From: Octopus bimaculoides
Lineage: Eukaryota
Assembly (NCBI RefSeq): GCF_001194135.2
Contig: NC_068985.1
Coordinates: 17,944,325-17,979,704 of the forward strand
Direction: 5' to 3'
DNA: 35,380 bases
The number at the start of each line of letters is the position of its first letter. Positions within the stretch are counted from its first letter, which is position 1. Below are positions 32,020 to 35,380 of the stretch, one piece after another. Below the pieces are notes generated by a model. The model was not told the DNA's origin. It saw only the letters and a program-made list of their open reading frames with translations, and ran no database searches. The translations under genes were made by a program, and so were the position numbers.

Positions 32020-32081
32020 GTTGTTCAGTAGTTTTAATTTTATAACGTGCTTTCACTTCACTACCGATATCATTATTATTA

Positions 32082-32143
<62 letters not shown>
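31896..32143. repeat. Long compound (ATT)n/(ATC)n tract
   Basis: Visible directly. It explains the poly-I, poly-L and poly-S ORFs. Confidence 0.95.
32023..32067 (-). mobile_element. 45-bp extreme 3' tip of the R4/Dong element embedded in (ATT)n
   Basis: gttcagtagttttaattttataacgtgctttcacttcactaccga is nearly identical to 30681-30725. Confidence 0.85.
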
Positions 32144-32145
<2 letters not shown>

Positions 32146-32270
32146 AGTGGTGAGTTGACAGAATCGTTACCGCGCTGGACGAAACTCTTAGCGGTATTTC
32201 GCCCGTCGCTACGTTCTGAGTTCAAATTCCGCCGAGGTCGACTTTGCCTATCGTCCTTTAGGGGTCGATA
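32144..32270 (+). mobile_element. Meta-type SINE 5' half, inserted in (ATT)n and ending at (TATG)n
   Basis: aagtggtgagttgacagaatcgtta...ttcaaattccgccgaggtcgactttgcc...ggggtcgata. Confidence 0.85.
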
Positions 32271-33749
32271 TGTATGTATGCGTATACATACATGCATACA
32301 TACATATATACATACAAGCATATGCATTATCTACACACATATATACGTGCGTGTTTATACCTTTGTATATGCATGGTATACGTGGCTAGGCACAAAAGTA
32401 GGCCAGATTATCAAGTTGTGTATAGTGTGGTCAAAGCTTTAATATCAACATATATATTTATATAATGAAAGAAGATTAAATCAATATAATAATATAATGA
32501 TTAATCGAGTAGCTCAGATGTTCTTTTCTCAATTTGGTTGATATTTTGTCTAATCACTTATTCAAACAACAAATGACTATACAAACATCCTAAGTAATTA
32601 TTTCAGATTCAATGAGATTCATTGCTTTCTGTTTTGGTTTTAAGCATTTTATAAATATTTAGCTTTGCACCAAGCTATATTTCCAAAGAAATTACTGTAT
32701 TTCTGTAGAGTAATCTTTAAGTTTAGAACTATTTTTCATTAACCCTTCGCCAGTTTTGTCTATCACATGTGAAGCACAGAATATATTTCCCTGAAAACAA
32801 GCATAGACATTTTGGACAAACTTATGAAAATGCTTTGGACAGGCAAAAGATGAAATGTGACTACAATTGAAGTTTAACTAATTATATTATATGTTCTTAG
32901 TATGCTGACCATGGAGAAATGAAAGATGAATTTTGATATATCGGGATTTGAACTCAGAACAGGGAGTCACTAAAGTAAAAATGTTAGACTATTTTGATAA
33001 ATAGTTTAGTATAAAAACACATTACTTCTTAATGCCGATTGTTATCTCTCTCTCTCTCTCTCTCTGGTGCACATCATACAATTTAGAGACAAGTCACCTT
33101 CATTGTGAAATAAGGCTGTCTATATTACCTGAGATATAAAGATATGCTATACGGAAGAAGGCAATGAATTGATCAATATTCTCTTTATATTAATGGTGGG
33201 TATTCAAAAAGATCTGATAGATAGTCTTGAAACAATTTTTTTTGGCGCATCATTTCATATTCTTTTCAATCCACACTGATAATATTTCCCTCTACATTTT
33301 TATAATATTCAATATAACACCGAATCTTGCTTTACGTCTGCTAAAATTGATCAGTACACATTCAGTTATTAGCCATTAATATGATATTGAAATAGTTACT
33401 TCTCAGACCGTAATCAACTATTTGAGCAAAATAATATTAGCAAAATATTAGCAGGTGCGAAAATGTTTATATTTGTTCAAAAAAAAAAAGTGTACCAATT
33501 TGGATTAATTCTATTCCACGAAATAATCAGTTGAAATCAGTAATCAAAGTAAATATTGTTGTTGTAGATGACTACAACTTAAATAAATATCTTCATACTT
33601 TCTCATAGTCTTCTACATGTTTATAGATATTGTACTCTTGTTTTTAACCGCTCGATGTTGGAAATTGCTGAGGACATAACGTGTTGGTTTATCTGTTGGT
33701 TCGATGTTGTCATTACAGGATGCATGATTCGTCTTCAGAAAAGTTACAT

Positions 33750-34800
33750 GATCGATATTGTTTGTGTAGCCTACCGCGATCGAGCAATCATATGTCACGC
33801 AAGTAGTCGACCGAACGATGAGGTGCAATCTGGTGATACATTTTTCCCAGTTATACTAAGCCGAAGATCATTGTGCATGACCAGACATGCAGTACGGTGT
33901 AGAAAGAGAGCTTGGCCATGTTGAGCTTTCTTCAATATCTAGCCTATTCTTGGACGCCTATAGTCTAGTTTTTGGTAATGGCCACAGCGGATGTAGGCAA
34001 CACAAACTCCGTCAGAGCACGACAGTTACTGCTTCTTTTCACTTATTGGTGATATGCATCTCATCTCACCTAATGGTGATTTTGATGCTCTAGTTATTTT
34101 TGTGCATTTATCATTCGTTTTACGTTTGTCTGAGATTAGTCATTGTTTCAGGATGCTATTGCTGGAATGTTGCGGAGCTATTGTACATTACCCTGAGTAT
34201 TTGGAGGTGATATATTTTCATGCATTATCAAAGACTGTGAGGCGTGAAGATTTCGGTAGCAACAAGCTATACCGCTCTTATGTCCGAGTGGTCTTACATT
34301 TTTAGGATTTTTGTTTCATTGAGTAAGTTTTCTGTGGTTGAGGTTTGTGTACAACTTGTAATGCGACATCGTGTCCATTTGTGTACTTTTTAGTTTATTG
34401 AGAGCTGTTTTGAAGAAACATGAGTCGTCTAATGTATTTGTACACCATCGTCGTTGTTTCTTCCTGTTAAACCAGCTGTAGTATTTGTGTTTACTCTAAG
34501 TACACTTGCAGTCGCCATGTTTTTTTGTGTTTTTTTTTTACTATATCTTTTTCAACTTGTGATGTATGCAGAAATGTTGTATTAACTCCATGTATTATTG
34601 TCTTCTGTGTCTATAGTATCCATATGATGACTGTGAAGGCACGTTGCATTTGATATTCTCTAGTGCTGCTGGGGGACAATGGATTTATTAGGTGGTACTT
34701 GAAGTTTACAGTTGGGTAGTGTAACCCTAGATACAATGTTATAAAACAAGAGGAGATAGCTATGGTCAGAATGTTTTCATTATAGTTTTGCTCATTCAAA
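33750..34800 (-). mobile_element. Heavily decayed I/Jockey-group (Loa/Nimb-like) LINE, end of RT to C-terminal region
   Basis: Frame-hopping fragments: TLYLGLHYPTVNFKYHL (RT YLG), EETTTMVYKYIRRLM, ALNKLKSTQ, RITSCTQTSTTENLLNETKILKM*DH, IRCGHYQKLDYRRPRIG. Confidence 0.55.
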
Positions 34801-35057
34801 GCTCACTTAAGGTTGAACGTCGACTGGAAAATTAAAAAGCTCATAGTTATTTCTTTTCGAAAACTAAAATTTTCATGGATAACCACAGCATTTCTAAACT
34901 CCAGTTGCCTTATAAACCTCAATTACGAAACTTTAATTAAGTTAATTTCGCTCTTTTTCATTCAAGAAGATCTTAAAACTACTTCCAAAGAAAAGCCTTC
35001 ACTTAACTGATCTTACTCTCCAACATACTCCAACCTCTGTCATGCAGACGTGCAATC

Positions 35058-35190
35058 TCTTTCTCTCTCTCTCACACACACACGCATACACACGCTCTAT
35101 CTCTCTCACTCTTTCTCTTTCACTCTCTATCACACACACACACACACACACACACACATTCTCCCTGTCTCTCTTCCTCCTCTCTCTTTT
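35058..35190. repeat. (CT)n/(CA)n compound microsatellite
   Basis: Visible directly. Confidence 0.9.
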
Positions 35191-35380
35191 CTACCGCTAC
35201 AACGAGGTCTAGGACATATAAGAAATGGAATGGTTTCATATCACTTCTGCTCATGCCTTCTCGATTCACTCATCGCACTTAGTCTCGATATTGTATCGAC
35301 CCCTCAATGTCCTTACATTAACCACCACAAAGACCTTTATTCTCCGAACATCATCTCTCTGAAAATTCCTCGCAGAACAT

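Overview
AT-rich, microsatellite-dense eukaryotic genomic DNA from a gapped draft assembly: 11 N-gaps, several flanked by simple repeats. The SINE/LINE repertoire looks like an octopus (coleoid cephalopod); this is my inference from repeat recognition, not a database result. I found no rRNA, true tRNA gene or CRISPR array. Most ORFs in the supplied track are artefacts of N-runs or microsatellites. Two host genes can be reconstructed from splice signals. (1) The last two coding exons of a + strand PMP22/claudin-superfamily tetraspan protein (5298-5435, 6592-6794). (2) A convergent - strand gene missed by the ORF track (exons 17075-16975, 16156-16052, ~11263-11154). It splices in frame into a signal-peptide-bearing precursor containing DFGYKSRYSAA, which resembles annelid/arthropod DH31 (calcitonin-family) neuropeptides; this is the most interesting candidate. 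The rest is transposon debris: six co-oriented R4/Dong-type RLE retrotransposon fragments, mostly set in AAT/GAT microsatellites; an RTE LINE with three C-terminal C2H2 fingers; Penelope remnants with an inverted 5' copy and decayed hammerhead motifs; a maT/Tc1-mariner fragment; an I-group LINE remnant; several MITEs; and about 30 tRNA-derived SINE copies showing modular head/tail swapping.
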